DNA of 64,000 bases from Acidimicrobiales bacterium (GCA_050330635.1 JBHJNQ010000017.1:68840-132839), one strand, 5' to 3'. Positions 27,706 through 37,593 are shown, numbered from the stretch's first letter. The notes: a model not told the origin generated them from the letters alone. Made by a program: numbers and translations.

Positions 27706-27737
27706 GGTGACGATTCGACGGAGATCGAATCGTCACC
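27706..27737. promoter_or_regulatory. putative ArsR operator: perfect 13-bp inverted repeat with a 6-bp spacer
   Basis: GGTGACGATTCGA-cggaga-TCGAATCGTCACC lies 21-52 nt upstream of the arsR start codon. Confidence 0.6.
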
Positions 27738-27786
27738 GAGGCGTGAGAGGACGCCGCCCGGTGGTCAGCCCGCGGTCAGGCGGCGG

Positions 27787-28941
27787 TCAGCCGGCGCTCA
27801 GGGCCCGGGCCGCCTCGGAACCGACCGGGGGCGCTTCCCACGTCTTGAGCTCGGGCAGGACACGGTCGATGAACAGGTCCATGTTGCGCCGACCCTCGGC
27901 GTAGGGCATGCCGGCGTACACGAAGTTGGGGAAGAACCCCGCCATGCCGATCCGGTCCTTGATGTCGGCCAGCTTCTCCAGCACCTGGTCGGGAGTGCCG
28001 TAGGGCATGAGCTTGACGAAGTCGTCGGCCGCCCCCTCCCGTCCGTGACGATCGATGTAGCGGGAGATGTTGGTGTAGAACTCATAGCCCTTGACCCCGT
28101 CGTGGGGGGCCTCGCCGAACTCGTAGTGCTTGAGCACGGTGCCGTAGTAACCGCCGATGTAGCGGTGGGCCATCTCCTCCGCCCGGTCGGCGCTCTCGTC
28201 GACGAAGACGAACCCGCCGCAGAGGGGGGCCGGCGGCTCGGTACCGTTGGTCGACCGGTAGACCTCGTGGTACACCCGGAAGTCCTCCTCGACCACGGGC
28301 CACGGCTTCTGGGGGATGACGAGGAGGCCGATGCCGAGGCGGGCCATGATGGGCATGGACTCGGGCGACACGGCGGCGGCGTAGGTGCGGCCACGGAACG
28401 AGTGCTGGGGGGCGGGGCGGATGGCCCGTCTAGCCTGGTGGACATGGTCGCCGTCGTACTCGAGGTACCCCTGCTCCAGGCCCTGTAGGACGGCCTCCGC
28501 CATCTCCACGAAGCGCTCCCGGCTGGTGTTCATGTCGACCCCGAAGCCCTCGTACTCGACCCGGGCCAGGCCCCGGCCGATGCCGAGGATGAGGCGGCCC
28601 CCCGAGAGGTTGTCGAGCAGGGTGATCTGTTCCGCCACCCGCATGGCGTCGTGCCAGGGCAACACGACCACGCCGGTGCCGAGTTGTACCCGTGACGTGC
28701 GGGCGGCCACCCAGGTCAGGAGCTGGAGCGGGTCGGGGCACATCGTGTAGTCGGTGAAGTGGTGCTCGACCGTCCAGATCGAATCGAAACCGGCCTCCTC
28801 CGCCCGGTCGACGAAAGCCATCTCGTTGGCCCACACCTCGGCGTCCGTCAGCGCGTCCTCCGGGTTCTGGAACGCTACTCCCATGCCCACGTGCATCGTC
28901 ACGACCCCCTGGGGGACAGCACGGGCGGCCGTCCTCCCCAT
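27787..28941 (-). CDS. LLM class flavin-dependent oxidoreductase
   Basis: Contains GFDSIWTVEHHFTDY ... VQLGTGVVVLPWHDAMRVAEQITLLDNLSGGRLILGIGRG. Start is ATG 28941 or ATG 28896 (MHVGMGVAF). Confidence 0.8.
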   Translation of the reverse strand: MGRTAARAVPQGVVTMHVGMGVAFQNPEDALTDAEVWANEMAFVDRAEEAGFDSIWTVEHHFTDYTMCPDPLQLLTWVAARTSRVQLGTGVVVLPWHDAMRVAEQITLLDNLSGGRLILGIGRGLARVEYEGFGVDMNTSRERFVEMAEAVLQGLEQGYLEYDGDHVHQARRAIRPAPQHSFRGRTYAAAVSPESMPIMARLGIGLLVIPQKPWPVVEEDFRVYHEVYRSTNGTEPPAPLCGGFVFVDESADRAEEMAHRYIGGYYGTVLKHYEFGEAPHDGVKGYEFYTNISRYIDRHGREGAADDFVKLMPYGTPDQVLEKLADIKDRIGMAGFFPNFVYAGMPYAEGRRNMDLFIDRVLPELKTWEAPPVGSEAARALSAG

Positions 28942-28983
28942 GACCTCATCCTAGAGCGGGGGCACCGACCGGTTCGAACGGGT

Positions 28984-30189
28984 TCAGACGCGGATCGGGA
29001 GACGACCGAACCCCCGACCCAGGGCGTTGCCCGACCACTGCCGTTCCGGATCGAGCAGCTCGAGATCGCCGAAGCGCTCGTAGAGCCGGGTCAGCGTTAT
29101 CGACGCCTCGAGCCGGGCCAGCGGCGCCCCCAGGCAGTGGTGGAGCCCCCAACCGAACCCGAGCTGGGGGTTGGGGTCACGGCCGAGGTCGACGACCTCG
29201 GGGTCGTCGAACACGTCGGGGTCGCGGTTGGCGGTCAGGATCACGAGATAGACCCGCTGGCCCCGCTCGAAGCGGTGACCGTTGCGCTCGTGGTCGACGC
29301 CGACCCGGCGGACCATCGCCTTGGCCGGACCCACGACCCGGAGCAGCTCGTCGGCGGCGGTGGTGGCCACCGACGGGTCCTCGATGAGGCGCCGCCGTTG
29401 GTCCGGGTGGTCGTTGAACAGCCGCAGGGAGCTGGTCAGCAGGTTGGTCGTCGTCTCGTGCCCCGCGAAGAGCAGCAGGGTGCACGCCCCGATCAGCTCC
29501 ATCGACGTCAGCTCGTCGGCCCCGCCCTTCACCATGTCGCTGATCAGATCGTCACCGGGATGGCGACGCCGGTGCTGGAGGAGGTCACCGAAGAAGGTGG
29601 TGAACTCCTCGGTGGCGCCCCGGAGGTCGTCGACCGGAACCGAACCGGGCTCCACCGAGAAGACGATCTTGGCCAGGTCGTCCGACCACGACTTGAACCG
29701 GTGCCGCTCCGCCCCGGGCACCCCGAGCATGTCGGCGATGATGAGGGCCGGCAACGGCCCGGCGATCCGCTCCTTGAAGTCGAGCTCGTCGCCCGGCGAG
29801 AGCTCATCGAGCAGTTCGGTGATCGTGGCGTCGATCCGCTCCCCCAGCCGGTCGACGGTTCGGGGGGTGATGGCCCGCCGCACCGGGTCCCGGAGCCGGG
29901 TGTGGGCCGGCGGATCACGGAAGATCATCCAGCCCGACAGGAGTTCGACCGTGAGGGCGAAGTGCTCGGGGCGCTCCCGGGCCAGGCGTTCGAGCGAGGT
30001 GATCCGGTCGGCCGACAGCCGGGTGTCGCGAAACCCGTCCGACACGGCGCGGTAGCCGAGCAGCAGCCAGCCCCGGTGGGTGTCGCTCCACCGGATCGGG
30101 CCGTCGGCCAGGACGCGGCGGGCGAAACCCGACGGGTCGTCGTTGGCCTCACGACCGGCCAGGTCGATGTCGTCGTCGGCGCCGGTCAC
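28984..30189 (-). CDS. cytochrome P450
   Basis: Heme loop FGWGLHHCLGAPLA, I-helix LLFAGHETT and ExxR motif ELLR. The GTG start at 30189 overlaps the SDR stop as GTGA. Confidence 0.9.
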   Translation of the reverse strand: MTGADDDIDLAGREANDDPSGFARRVLADGPIRWSDTHRGWLLLGYRAVSDGFRDTRLSADRITSLERLARERPEHFALTVELLSGWMIFRDPPAHTRLRDPVRRAITPRTVDRLGERIDATITELLDELSPGDELDFKERIAGPLPALIIADMLGVPGAERHRFKSWSDDLAKIVFSVEPGSVPVDDLRGATEEFTTFFGDLLQHRRRHPGDDLISDMVKGGADELTSMELIGACTLLLFAGHETTTNLLTSSLRLFNDHPDQRRRLIEDPSVATTAADELLRVVGPAKAMVRRVGVDHERNGHRFERGQRVYLVILTANRDPDVFDDPEVVDLGRDPNPQLGFGWGLHHCLGAPLARLEASITLTRLYERFGDLELLDPERQWSGNALGRGFGRLPIRV

Positions 30190-31040
30190 TGGTAGCTCCC
30201 GGGTGCGTAGAGGCGTGGTTGGCGACGCTCGGTGATGCCTCGCGGTTGCTTGCGCCACGGGCGGCCGACGGTGAGGCCACCGTCGACGATCTGCGTCGTG
30301 CCGGTGACCCAGCGGCTGTCGTCGGAGGCCAGCCAGGCCACCATGGCGGCGATGTCGTCTGGTTCCCCGGCCCGGTCCATGGGCTGGGAGTTGCCGAGAC
30401 GCTCGCGGGCCTGGTCGAGGCGTTCGGCCATCTCCTCACCGCCCACCTCCGAGAGGGACCGGTTGGCGGCCAGTCCGGTGGCGATGTAGCCGGGGCACAC
30501 GGCGTTGACGCGTATGTCGTGCTCGGCCAGCTCGAGGGCGCTCGTCCTGGTGAGCCCGACCACGCCGTGCTTGGCCACGGTGTAGACGTGGGAGCCGATG
30601 CCGGCGTAGAGGCCGCACACCGAGGCGGTGTTGACGATGCTGCCCCCGCCCCGGGCCCGCAGGGCGGGGGTGGCGTGCTTGATGCCGTAGAACACGCTCG
30701 ACAGCAGGACGGCCAACGTCTGGTTCCACTCCTCGTCGGTCGTCTCCTCCAGCGGGCCGGCGATCCCGCCGAAGCCGGCGTTGTTGTGGATCACGTCGAG
30801 CCCGCCCCACCGGTCGACGGCCTCGGCCACGGCCGCCGCCACGTCGTCCTCCCGGGCGACGTTGCAGTGCCGGTAGGCGGCCCGCTCCCCCAGCTCCGCC
30901 GCCAGGGACTCGCCCGGCTCGTCCTGGATGTCGGTCAGCAGGACCCGTGCCCCATCGCCGACCAGTCGGCGCGCCGTCGCCGCCCCGATGCCGCTGGCGG
31001 CCCCGGTCACCACCGCCACCCGGTCGTCCAGTGCTCCCAC
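30186..31040 (-). CDS. SDR family oxidoreductase
   Basis: Contains VTGAASGIGAATA, NNAG and YTVAKHG. GTG start. Confidence 0.85.
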   Translation of the reverse strand: MGALDDRVAVVTGAASGIGAATARRLVGDGARVLLTDIQDEPGESLAAELGERAAYRHCNVAREDDVAAAVAEAVDRWGGLDVIHNNAGFGGIAGPLEETTDEEWNQTLAVLLSSVFYGIKHATPALRARGGGSIVNTASVCGLYAGIGSHVYTVAKHGVVGLTRTSALELAEHDIRVNAVCPGYIATGLAANRSLSEVGGEEMAERLDQARERLGNSQPMDRAGEPDDIAAMVAWLASDDSRWVTGTTQIVDGGLTVGRPWRKQPRGITERRQPRLYAPGSYQ

Positions 31041-31172
31041 GTCTCACCTCCGGTCGGTGGCGCCGCCTTGTACGGCGCTCCCCGGCGAAGCTACCAACGG
31101 TGCGACGCCGGCTGCCATTGGCGCGGGGTCGGCCGGCCGGCCAGACTCGGGCCGACGACGAGAGGGAACGAG

Positions 31173-32087
31173 ATGAAACTGTCGGTCGAGTACCCGAGTG
31201 TGGCCTTCCGGGAAGGGCCGGCCAAGGTCTTGGAGCTGGGTCGGGCCATCGAGGAGATCGGTTACGACGAGATCGCCGTGTTCGATCACGTCCTGATGGG
31301 CTACCCGACCGACACCCGGCCGGCTCCCATGTACCCGCCCCAGATGCCGATCCTCGAGGCCGTCGTGCTGCTGTCGCAGCTGGCAGCGGTCACCGAACGG
31401 GTCGGCCTGTCGACCGAGGTCCTCGTGTTGCCCCAGCGCCAACCGGTGCTCGTGGCCAAGCAGTTCAGCACCCTCGACACGCTGTCGGGGGGGCGGGTCA
31501 GGCTGGGGGTCGGCGTCGGCTGGCAGGCGTCGGAGTACGACGCCCTGGAGGAGGACTTCGGCAACCGGGGGCGCCGCATGGACGAGGCCATCCGCCTCCT
31601 GCGGGCCTATTGGGGCGATGAGCGGATCGATTTCGAGGGCGAGTTCTACACCTCGACCGCCATGGCCATGGAACCGAAGCCCCCACAGGGAGCGAGCCTG
31701 CCGATCTGGATCGGTGGGGGGAGCCGGGCCGCGCTGCGGCGAACGGCCGAGCTGGGCGACGGCTGGATGGGGACCGCCCTACCGGACGACGACAAGATGA
31801 TGGCGCTCGTTGCCTCGATCCGGTCGCAGGCCGAGGACTTCGGTCGCGATCCCGCCACCATCGGCATGCACATGATGCTCCAGCCTCCTCCCCGCGACGA
31901 GGCCGACAAGCGGTTCTACGCCGACCACGACCGGGTCGTGGCCAGGGCGGCCACGCTGGCGAAGCTCGGTTTCGACTGGGCCGCCATCAACGCCACCGCC
32001 ATCTTCCAGGCCGGGGCCCGCAGCGTCGACGCCATGGTCGACGAGCTCGGTGTGATCCACGCCAAGATCAGCGCCGCCATCGGCTGA
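31173..32087 (+). CDS. LLM class (probably F420-dependent) oxidoreductase
   Basis: ATG is preceded by GAGAGGGA. Contains VGLSTEVLVLPQRQPVLVAKQFSTLDTLSGGRVRLGVGVGW. Confidence 0.8.
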   Translation: MKLSVEYPSVAFREGPAKVLELGRAIEEIGYDEIAVFDHVLMGYPTDTRPAPMYPPQMPILEAVVLLSQLAAVTERVGLSTEVLVLPQRQPVLVAKQFSTLDTLSGGRVRLGVGVGWQASEYDALEEDFGNRGRRMDEAIRLLRAYWGDERIDFEGEFYTSTAMAMEPKPPQGASLPIWIGGGSRAALRRTAELGDGWMGTALPDDDKMMALVASIRSQAEDFGRDPATIGMHMMLQPPPRDEADKRFYADHDRVVARAATLAKLGFDWAAINATAIFQAGARSVDAMVDELGVIHAKISAAIG

Positions 32088-32116
32088 CCCACTTCGCTGG
32101 AGGCGGCGGCCCGTGG

Positions 32117-32980
32117 TCAGCCGGCCTCGACCCCGAACTCGACGCCGGCCGCCACGGCGTCGGCCACGTCGCCCAGCCGGTCGAACCCGACGCCGAGGTC
32201 CGCCATGTCGTCGAGCCATCGTTCGAGGGCCAGGAGGCGGTGGCCCCGTCCGATCACCTGGGGGTGGAACACGACGGTGCAGACCCCGGCCTCGACCTCA
32301 CGGGTCATCCACCGGACATCCCCGGCGAAGTTGGCGAACATCTCGTCCGGCGACCGCAGCCCCGGCATCAGCATCCGGCGGAAGGTCACGAACTCCAGGT
32401 AGACGTAGTCGTCGACCGTCCACGACCAGGGCAGCTCGATCAGGTCGGTCTCGGCCCCCCACCGGGCCGGGCCGTCCACCGGGAGCTCGGTGCCGAGGCG
32501 GACCCGGTAGGGCCGGAAGTCGTGGCCCATGAGCGACGAGTCGTAGGTCAGGCCGGCCTCGACGAGGAGCTCCAGGGTCTGTTCGGTGACGTCGCCCGAC
32601 GGGGCCCGGTAGCCGCGGGGTGGCGATCCGGTGATCCCGTCGATCAGCGTCATCGTCCGCTCGAGCAGCGCCCGTTCCCGGTCGCGCTCCAGATCGGCGT
32701 TGAGCTCGTGGGCGTAGCCGTGGAGGGCGATCTCGCAGCCGGCGTCGACGATGCGGCGACACACGTCGGGGTAGGTCTCGATCGTGTGGCCGGGCACGAA
32801 GAAGGTGGCCGGGAGATCCCGGTCGGCGAGGAGGCGCAGCAGGCGGGGCACGGCCACGGCCCCGAACTCCCCACGCGACACCGGGGCCGGCGTCGTCTGG
32901 CGCCGCTGCATCCACAGCGACGGCCCGTCGAAGTCGAACGTGAGGCAGACGTGCCCGGCCCGGTTGCGATCGATCGTCAT
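32117..32980 (-). CDS. polysaccharide deacetylase (NodB-homology) family protein
   Basis: Contains LTFDFDG, ATFFVPG and ALHGYAHE. The internal ATG at 32980 is in frame with the track ORF. Confidence 0.75.
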   Translation of the reverse strand: MTIDRNRAGHVCLTFDFDGPSLWMQRRQTTPAPVSRGEFGAVAVPRLLRLLADRDLPATFFVPGHTIETYPDVCRRIVDAGCEIALHGYAHELNADLERDRERALLERTMTLIDGITGSPPRGYRAPSGDVTEQTLELLVEAGLTYDSSLMGHDFRPYRVRLGTELPVDGPARWGAETDLIELPWSWTVDDYVYLEFVTFRRMLMPGLRSPDEMFANFAGDVRWMTREVEAGVCTVVFHPQVIGRGHRLLALERWLDDMADLGVGFDRLGDVADAVAAGVEFGVEAG

Positions 32981-33044
32981 GACCCGACGGTAGCCCCCTC
33001 GTCGGCACCGCCGCCGCCCGGTCCTTGCGGTAGCTTTGACGACC

Positions 33045-33899
33045 ATGCTCCTCGAACGGCTGGCCGACGGGCTCGGTGCGGCGGTCCGTTCGGCCCGACC
33101 GGTGGCGGGCGGTGACGTCAGCCGGGCGTACCGACTCGAGCTGGTCGACGGGCGGGTGGTGTTCGCCAAGACCCATCCCTCCCCACCCGACGACTTCTAC
33201 TCGACCGAGGCCGCCAGCCTGGCGTGGCTGGCCGCCGCCGGGGTGCTGGCCGTGCCACGGGTCCTGGCCCACGGCGACGATCCTCCGGCCTTCATCGTGT
33301 TGGAGTGGATCGAGCCCGGCGGCATCGCCGACGCCCAGACCGACGCCGAGTTCGGGCGGGCGCTCGCCCTCCTCCACCGCTCGGGGGCGCCGAGCTTCGG
33401 CCGTGACGACAAGAAGACCCTCGGTTCGCTCGGCCTACCCACCGGCCCGTGCCCGAGCTGGCCCGAGTTCTACGTGACTCAGCGGCTGGAACCGCTGGTG
33501 GCGGTGGCCGAGGAACGCGACGCCCTTCCCCGCGAGCTCCTCCGGGAGATCGGGCGGGTGGCGTCGAGGATCGAGATCCTGGCCGGTCCCCGGGAACCGG
33601 CGGCCCGCCTCCACGGCGACCTGTGGGGCGGCAACCGCATGATCGACGCCGAGGGTCGGAACTGGCTGATCGATCCGGCCGCCCATGGTGGGCACCGGGA
33701 GTACGACCTGGCCATGATGCGCCTCTTCGGCGGGTTCGGTGAGTCGTGCTTCGCAGCCTACGACGAGCTGTTCCCGGTGATGGACGGGTGGACGAAACGG
33801 CTCCCCCTCCACCAGCTCGCCCCGCTCATGGTCCATGCCATCAAGTTCGGCGGTCACTACGTCGGCCGGGTGGAGCAGGCCCTGCTCCAACTCCGCTAG
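33045..33899 (+). CDS. fructosamine/ketosamine kinase family protein
   Basis: Contains HGDLWGGN and LIDPAAHGGHREYDLAM, the kinase catalytic loop typical of this family. Start is ATG 33045; the track start at 33036 is a TTG. Confidence 0.75.
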   Translation: MLLERLADGLGAAVRSARPVAGGDVSRAYRLELVDGRVVFAKTHPSPPDDFYSTEAASLAWLAAAGVLAVPRVLAHGDDPPAFIVLEWIEPGGIADAQTDAEFGRALALLHRSGAPSFGRDDKKTLGSLGLPTGPCPSWPEFYVTQRLEPLVAVAEERDALPRELLREIGRVASRIEILAGPREPAARLHGDLWGGNRMIDAEGRNWLIDPAAHGGHREYDLAMMRLFGGFGESCFAAYDELFPVMDGWTKRLPLHQLAPLMVHAIKFGGHYVGRVEQALLQLR

Positions 33900-33998
33900 C
33901 GGCGAGACCGCGAGACCGCGTCACGGGGTCGTTCTTCGTTGCGTTGCCGACGCCTGGAGTCGATACCGCGACAGAGATCGAGTCATGTCGCGTCGTCG

Positions 33999-34050
33999 TC
34001 GGCACGCCGGGGTCGGCACGCCGGGTCGGCACGCCGGGGTCGGGGCGGTG
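33999..34050. repeat. 3.8 copies of a 13-14-bp tandem repeat (TCGGCACGCCGGGG)
   Basis: Read directly in the convergent intergenic region 33900-34051. A 2x GCGAGACC repeat also occurs at 33902-33917. Confidence 0.85.
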
Positions 34051-34051
34051 C

Positions 34052-34831
34052 TCAGAGGGCGAACACGGCCCGCAGGCCGCGGCTGAGGGCGGTGGGGATG
34101 ACCGACCGATGGTCCTCCCCGTCGATGAGGGCCCAGTCGAGGCGGAGGCCCGGGTGGTGGCGAGCGGCGAGCTGGCGATGGAAAACGTCGTGACCACCGA
34201 ACGATCCGCTGATCTCGTCTCCACCGGCCGACAGGAACAGCCGGGCGGCCACGTCGGGGGTGGCGGCGGCGTGGGCCGCCTCTCGGGCGAACATGACCCG
34301 GTCGTCCCACCAGATCGACGGGCTGGCCAGGACCCAGCGCCCGAACGCCGCCGGCTCGCACAGCAGGGTATCGAGTCCGAACAGGGCAGAGAAGGAGTGA
34401 CCGACGAGCGTCCGGTCGTCGCTCACGCGGTAATCCTCGCACAGCTGGGGCACGAGGGTGTCGACGAGGAATCGCCGGAACCGGTGGGCCCGCCCCACCT
34501 CGTCGGCAGGGAGCCGGACGCCGGTCTCCGCCGGGGCCTCGAACTCGGTGGGGGTGAAGTCGACGGCCCGCTGCTGCATGACCTCCCGCAGCTCGGGATG
34601 GGCGTGGGCGACCCCGACCACCACCGCCTCGGGGAGCCTCTTGCCGAGCGACAGGATCCGGAACGAGTCACGGACCGTCCCGTAGGTCCAGAGGCCGTCG
34701 AGGCAGACCACGAGTGGGAAGGGGTCGTCGGTCGACGGATACCGGTTCGGGGTCTCGACCGTGATCTCGTAGAGGAAGCCGGTCTCGTCGGCATCGAGGT
34801 GGAAGACGTCCTGGCGGAACGTCGTCGTCAT
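34052..34831 (-). CDS. alpha/beta hydrolase, esterase D / IroE-like family
   Basis: Contains FPLVVCLDGLW and the nucleophile elbow VGHSFSALFG. The ATG overlaps the DUF35 stop as ATGA. Confidence 0.65.
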   Translation of the reverse strand: MTTTFRQDVFHLDADETGFLYEITVETPNRYPSTDDPFPLVVCLDGLWTYGTVRDSFRILSLGKRLPEAVVVGVAHAHPELREVMQQRAVDFTPTEFEAPAETGVRLPADEVGRAHRFRRFLVDTLVPQLCEDYRVSDDRTLVGHSFSALFGLDTLLCEPAAFGRWVLASPSIWWDDRVMFAREAAHAAATPDVAARLFLSAGGDEISGSFGGHDVFHRQLAARHHPGLRLDWALIDGEDHRSVIPTALSRGLRAVFAL

Positions 34832-35277
34832 CGAACCCGCCACTGGACGAGGGTGTAGGGGGGGTCGGCGTCGTCGTGGTCCTCGAACACGGCCTCGACC
34901 TCCGCGTCGATGCGCACCTCCTGGAGGGGATCGCCCAGCAGGTTGCCCACCATGCGGACGCCCCCGGCCGCCGGGAGCTCCACCAACACCACGATGTAGG
35001 GACCCTGGTCGTTCAGGGCGGGGTGGACGGGATGGTGAGGTCGTTGCCAGCTGAAGATCCGGCCCCGGGGCTCGACCACGGCCCAGCCCACCTCGAGGCT
35101 CTGGCAGGCGTGGCACATCCATTCCGGTCCCCACTGGAAGGCGCCGCAGTTGTCACAGCGCTGGACGAGGAGCTCATGGCGGCGGGTGCCCGACCAGTAG
35201 GGCTCGTCGAGCCCGTCGCGGGCGGGGCGGGGGGCGGCCAGGCCCGCCGCCAGGTAGTGGGTGGCGTCGTCGGTCAT
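34828..35277 (-). CDS. Zn-ribbon/OB-fold protein (DUF35 family)
   Basis: Rubredoxin-like CDNCGAFQWGPEWMCHACQS is followed by an OB-fold region. The ATG overlaps the thiolase stop as ATGA. Confidence 0.8.
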   Translation of the reverse strand: MTDDATHYLAAGLAAPRPARDGLDEPYWSGTRRHELLVQRCDNCGAFQWGPEWMCHACQSLEVGWAVVEPRGRIFSWQRPHHPVHPALNDQGPYIVVLVELPAAGGVRMVGNLLGDPLQEVRIDAEVEAVFEDHDDADPPYTLVQWRVR

Positions 35278-36461
35278 GCGGTGGCGACCTCCTCGGTGCC
35301 GTAGAGGGCGGTGCTCGCCACCTCGACCATGGGGCCGGCGTTGGCCAGGGCGACCTTCGCTCCCGGCACCGGGTTGGACGAGTCGCCCCGGATCTGGCGG
35401 ATGGCCTCGATCTGGAGTCCGAGACCGTGCATGTAGCACTCGGCCAGGTTCCCCCCGCTGGTGTTGAGGGGCAGTCCCCCCGATGGGGCGATCAGGTTCT
35501 CGGGGGTCAGGACCTCGTTGGCGTTGTCGTAGGTGCACAACCCGTGCTCGATCAGGCTCATGACGACAGCGCCGGTGAAGTTCTCGTAGGACTGGACGAC
35601 GTCGACGTCGGCGGGGCCGACCCCGGCCTGGGCGTAAAGGTGGGGGGCGGTGGTCTTGAAGCTCGACGTGGCGTAGTCGGGCTCGTTGTGGACGGTGGCC
35701 CCCGAGCGGCGGGGTCCACCCTGCTGGACGGCGAGGGGGTAGACCGGGGTGGCCGTCACGTCGGTGGCCCGGTCGGCGGCCATGACGATGACGGCCGCCG
35801 CGCCGTCGTTCTCGAGACAGCAGTCGTAGAGGCGGAACGGCTCGGTGATCCAGCGCGAGTCGTCGTAGGTCTGGGCGTCGAGCGGCCGGCCGTACATCAC
35901 GGCCCGGGGATTCTGCTGGGCGTGGTGATAGGCGGCGAGCGCCACCGCCTTGAGGGTGTCGGGGGAGATGTCGTGCTCGTGGAACAGGCGGGTGGTGCGC
36001 ATGGCGTAGATCTGGGCCGGCGACATCACCCCGTAGGGAACGGTGAAGGCGGGCGGGCCGCTCACGGCGTTGACCCGGGCACCCGACCCGAAGCGCCCGA
36101 ACTGACCCTGGGCCAGACCCCGGTAGGCGACGACACAGGTGGCGTAGCCGGCGGTGACGGCGGCGGCGGCGTTGCCGATTGCGGCCGCCGCTCCCCCGCC
36201 GCCGCCCCCCCACTGCATGTTCGAATAGCGGATCTCGGCTAGACCGAGGGCGTTGGCCAGCCGGGCCGGAGCGTTGCGGTCGTTGCTGTAGGAGCAGAAC
36301 CCGTCGATCGTGCGGGGGCTGATGCCGGCGTCGTCGCAGGCGGCCAGTATCGCCTTCAGCACCAGCACGAACTCGGGATCGGGCGACTGGCCCCGTTTGA
36401 AGTACGTCGTCTCACCGACGCCGACGACGGCGACGTTGCCTCTGATGGTCAATCCGCTCAT
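35274..36461 (-). CDS. thiolase-like lipid-transfer protein (SCP-x/Ltp-type, non-acetoacetyl thiolase)
   Basis: 395 aa with a thiolase-fold pattern. It sits immediately upstream of a DUF35 gene, the canonical pairing. Confidence 0.8.
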   Translation of the reverse strand: MSGLTIRGNVAVVGVGETTYFKRGQSPDPEFVLVLKAILAACDDAGISPRTIDGFCSYSNDRNAPARLANALGLAEIRYSNMQWGGGGGGAAAAIGNAAAAVTAGYATCVVAYRGLAQGQFGRFGSGARVNAVSGPPAFTVPYGVMSPAQIYAMRTTRLFHEHDISPDTLKAVALAAYHHAQQNPRAVMYGRPLDAQTYDDSRWITEPFRLYDCCLENDGAAAVIVMAADRATDVTATPVYPLAVQQGGPRRSGATVHNEPDYATSSFKTTAPHLYAQAGVGPADVDVVQSYENFTGAVVMSLIEHGLCTYDNANEVLTPENLIAPSGGLPLNTSGGNLAECYMHGLGLQIEAIRQIRGDSSNPVPGAKVALANAGPMVEVASTALYGTEEVATA

Positions 36462-36594
36462 GACACCCTCCCGTTCGACGGCTGGTCGTACGTTGCTCGC
36501 TCCGCCCCCCTGCCGTCCAACCAGACCCGGGGGAACGATCGGCCCCCGATCGACGAAGCGGGCGATGCAGCCCGGCCAGATCGTACGGTCGGAA

Positions 36595-37593
36595 TCAGCC
36601 CCGGGGGTCGACCACGATGCGGCCCACCGTGCGCCGCTCCGCCAGCCGCCGTAGTCCCTCCGGCAGCCCGTCGAAGCCGAGGCGCTCGGTGATCAGGGGG
36701 TCGATCTCGCCCCGGGCCAGCTGGGCGTAGACCTCGTCGTAGCACCTGGTGATGACGGCCGGGTCCATGGCCCGGTACCCGCCCATGTGGACCCCCACGA
36801 CCGAGTAGTTCTTGACCAGCAGGTGGTTGGCGGGGGCCGCGGGGATGGTGCCGCTGGCGAATCCGACGACGAGGAGCCGACCCTCCCACGCCACCAGCCG
36901 TCGGGCCACGTCGAAGTACGCTCCCCCCACCGGGTCGTAGACGACGTCGACGCCCCGGCCCGACGTTGCCTCCATCACCGCGGTGTGGAGGTCGGGCTCA
37001 CCGGGGCCGGGATCGTAGTCGAAGGCCAGGTCCGCACCCAGCTCGGTGACGGCGCGGACCTTGTCGGGTCCGCCGGCCGCCCCCAGGACCCAACAGCCGT
37101 GGGCCTTGGCCAGCTGCACGGCGGCCGAACCGACACCCCCGGCGGCGGCCAGGACCAGCACGCTCTCCCCCGGGGCGAGGTGACCCCGTCGGTGGAGGGC
37201 GAACCAGGCAGTTCCATAGGTGACGTGGAGGCCGGCGGCCACCACACCGTCGACGTCGTCCGGCAGGGGATGGACGTCGGCCCCGTGCACGATCGCCTCG
37301 GTGGCGAACCCGCCCCACGCTCCGCTCGTCGAGCCCACCACCCGCTGACCGACGCTCAGGCCACTGCCCGGACCGACCGCCACCACCGTTCCGGCGGCGC
37401 TCATCCCGGGCACGAAGGGCACGTCGATCTTCACCTGGTAGCTGCCCTGGCACTGGAGGATGTCGGCGAAGTTGACGTCGGCCCCCTCGACCTCGATCCG
37501 GGCCTGACCCTCCCCCGGCTCGGGAGGGTCGACCTCGACCGCTTCGAGCTCGTCCCACGGGTCGCCGAGCCGGGTCAGCTGCCAGGCCCTCAC
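36595..37593 (-). CDS. NADPH:quinone oxidoreductase-like MDR dehydrogenase
   Basis: Contains NFADILQCQGSYQ, PFVPGMSAAGTV and AAAGGVGSAAVQLAK. The GTG start at 37593 overlaps the LLM stop as GTGA. Confidence 0.8.
   Translation of the reverse strand: MRAWQLTRLGDPWDELEAVEVDPPEPGEGQARIEVEGADVNFADILQCQGSYQVKIDVPFVPGMSAAGTVVAVGPGSGLSVGQRVVGSTSGAWGGFATEAIVHGADVHPLPDDVDGVVAAGLHVTYGTAWFALHRRGHLAPGESVLVLAAAGGVGSAAVQLAKAHGCWVLGAAGGPDKVRAVTELGADLAFDYDPGPGEPDLHTAVMEATSGRGVDVVYDPVGGAYFDVARRLVAWEGRLLVVGFASGTIPAAPANHLLVKNYSVVGVHMGGYRAMDPAVITRCYDEVYAQLARGEIDPLITERLGFDGLPEGLRRLAERRTVGRIVVDPRG

Noticed and set aside
27686-27736. The longer ArsR start at 27736 given by the track.
   Set aside because: It would put the initiation codon inside the perfect operator palindrome and add 17 non-conserved residues. 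The ATG at 27685 is preferred.
28961-28990. GGTTCGAACGGGTTCAGACG, which resembles a tRNA T-arm.
   Set aside because: No acceptor, D or anticodon stems can be built around it. It lies in the 42-bp gap between two minus-strand genes.
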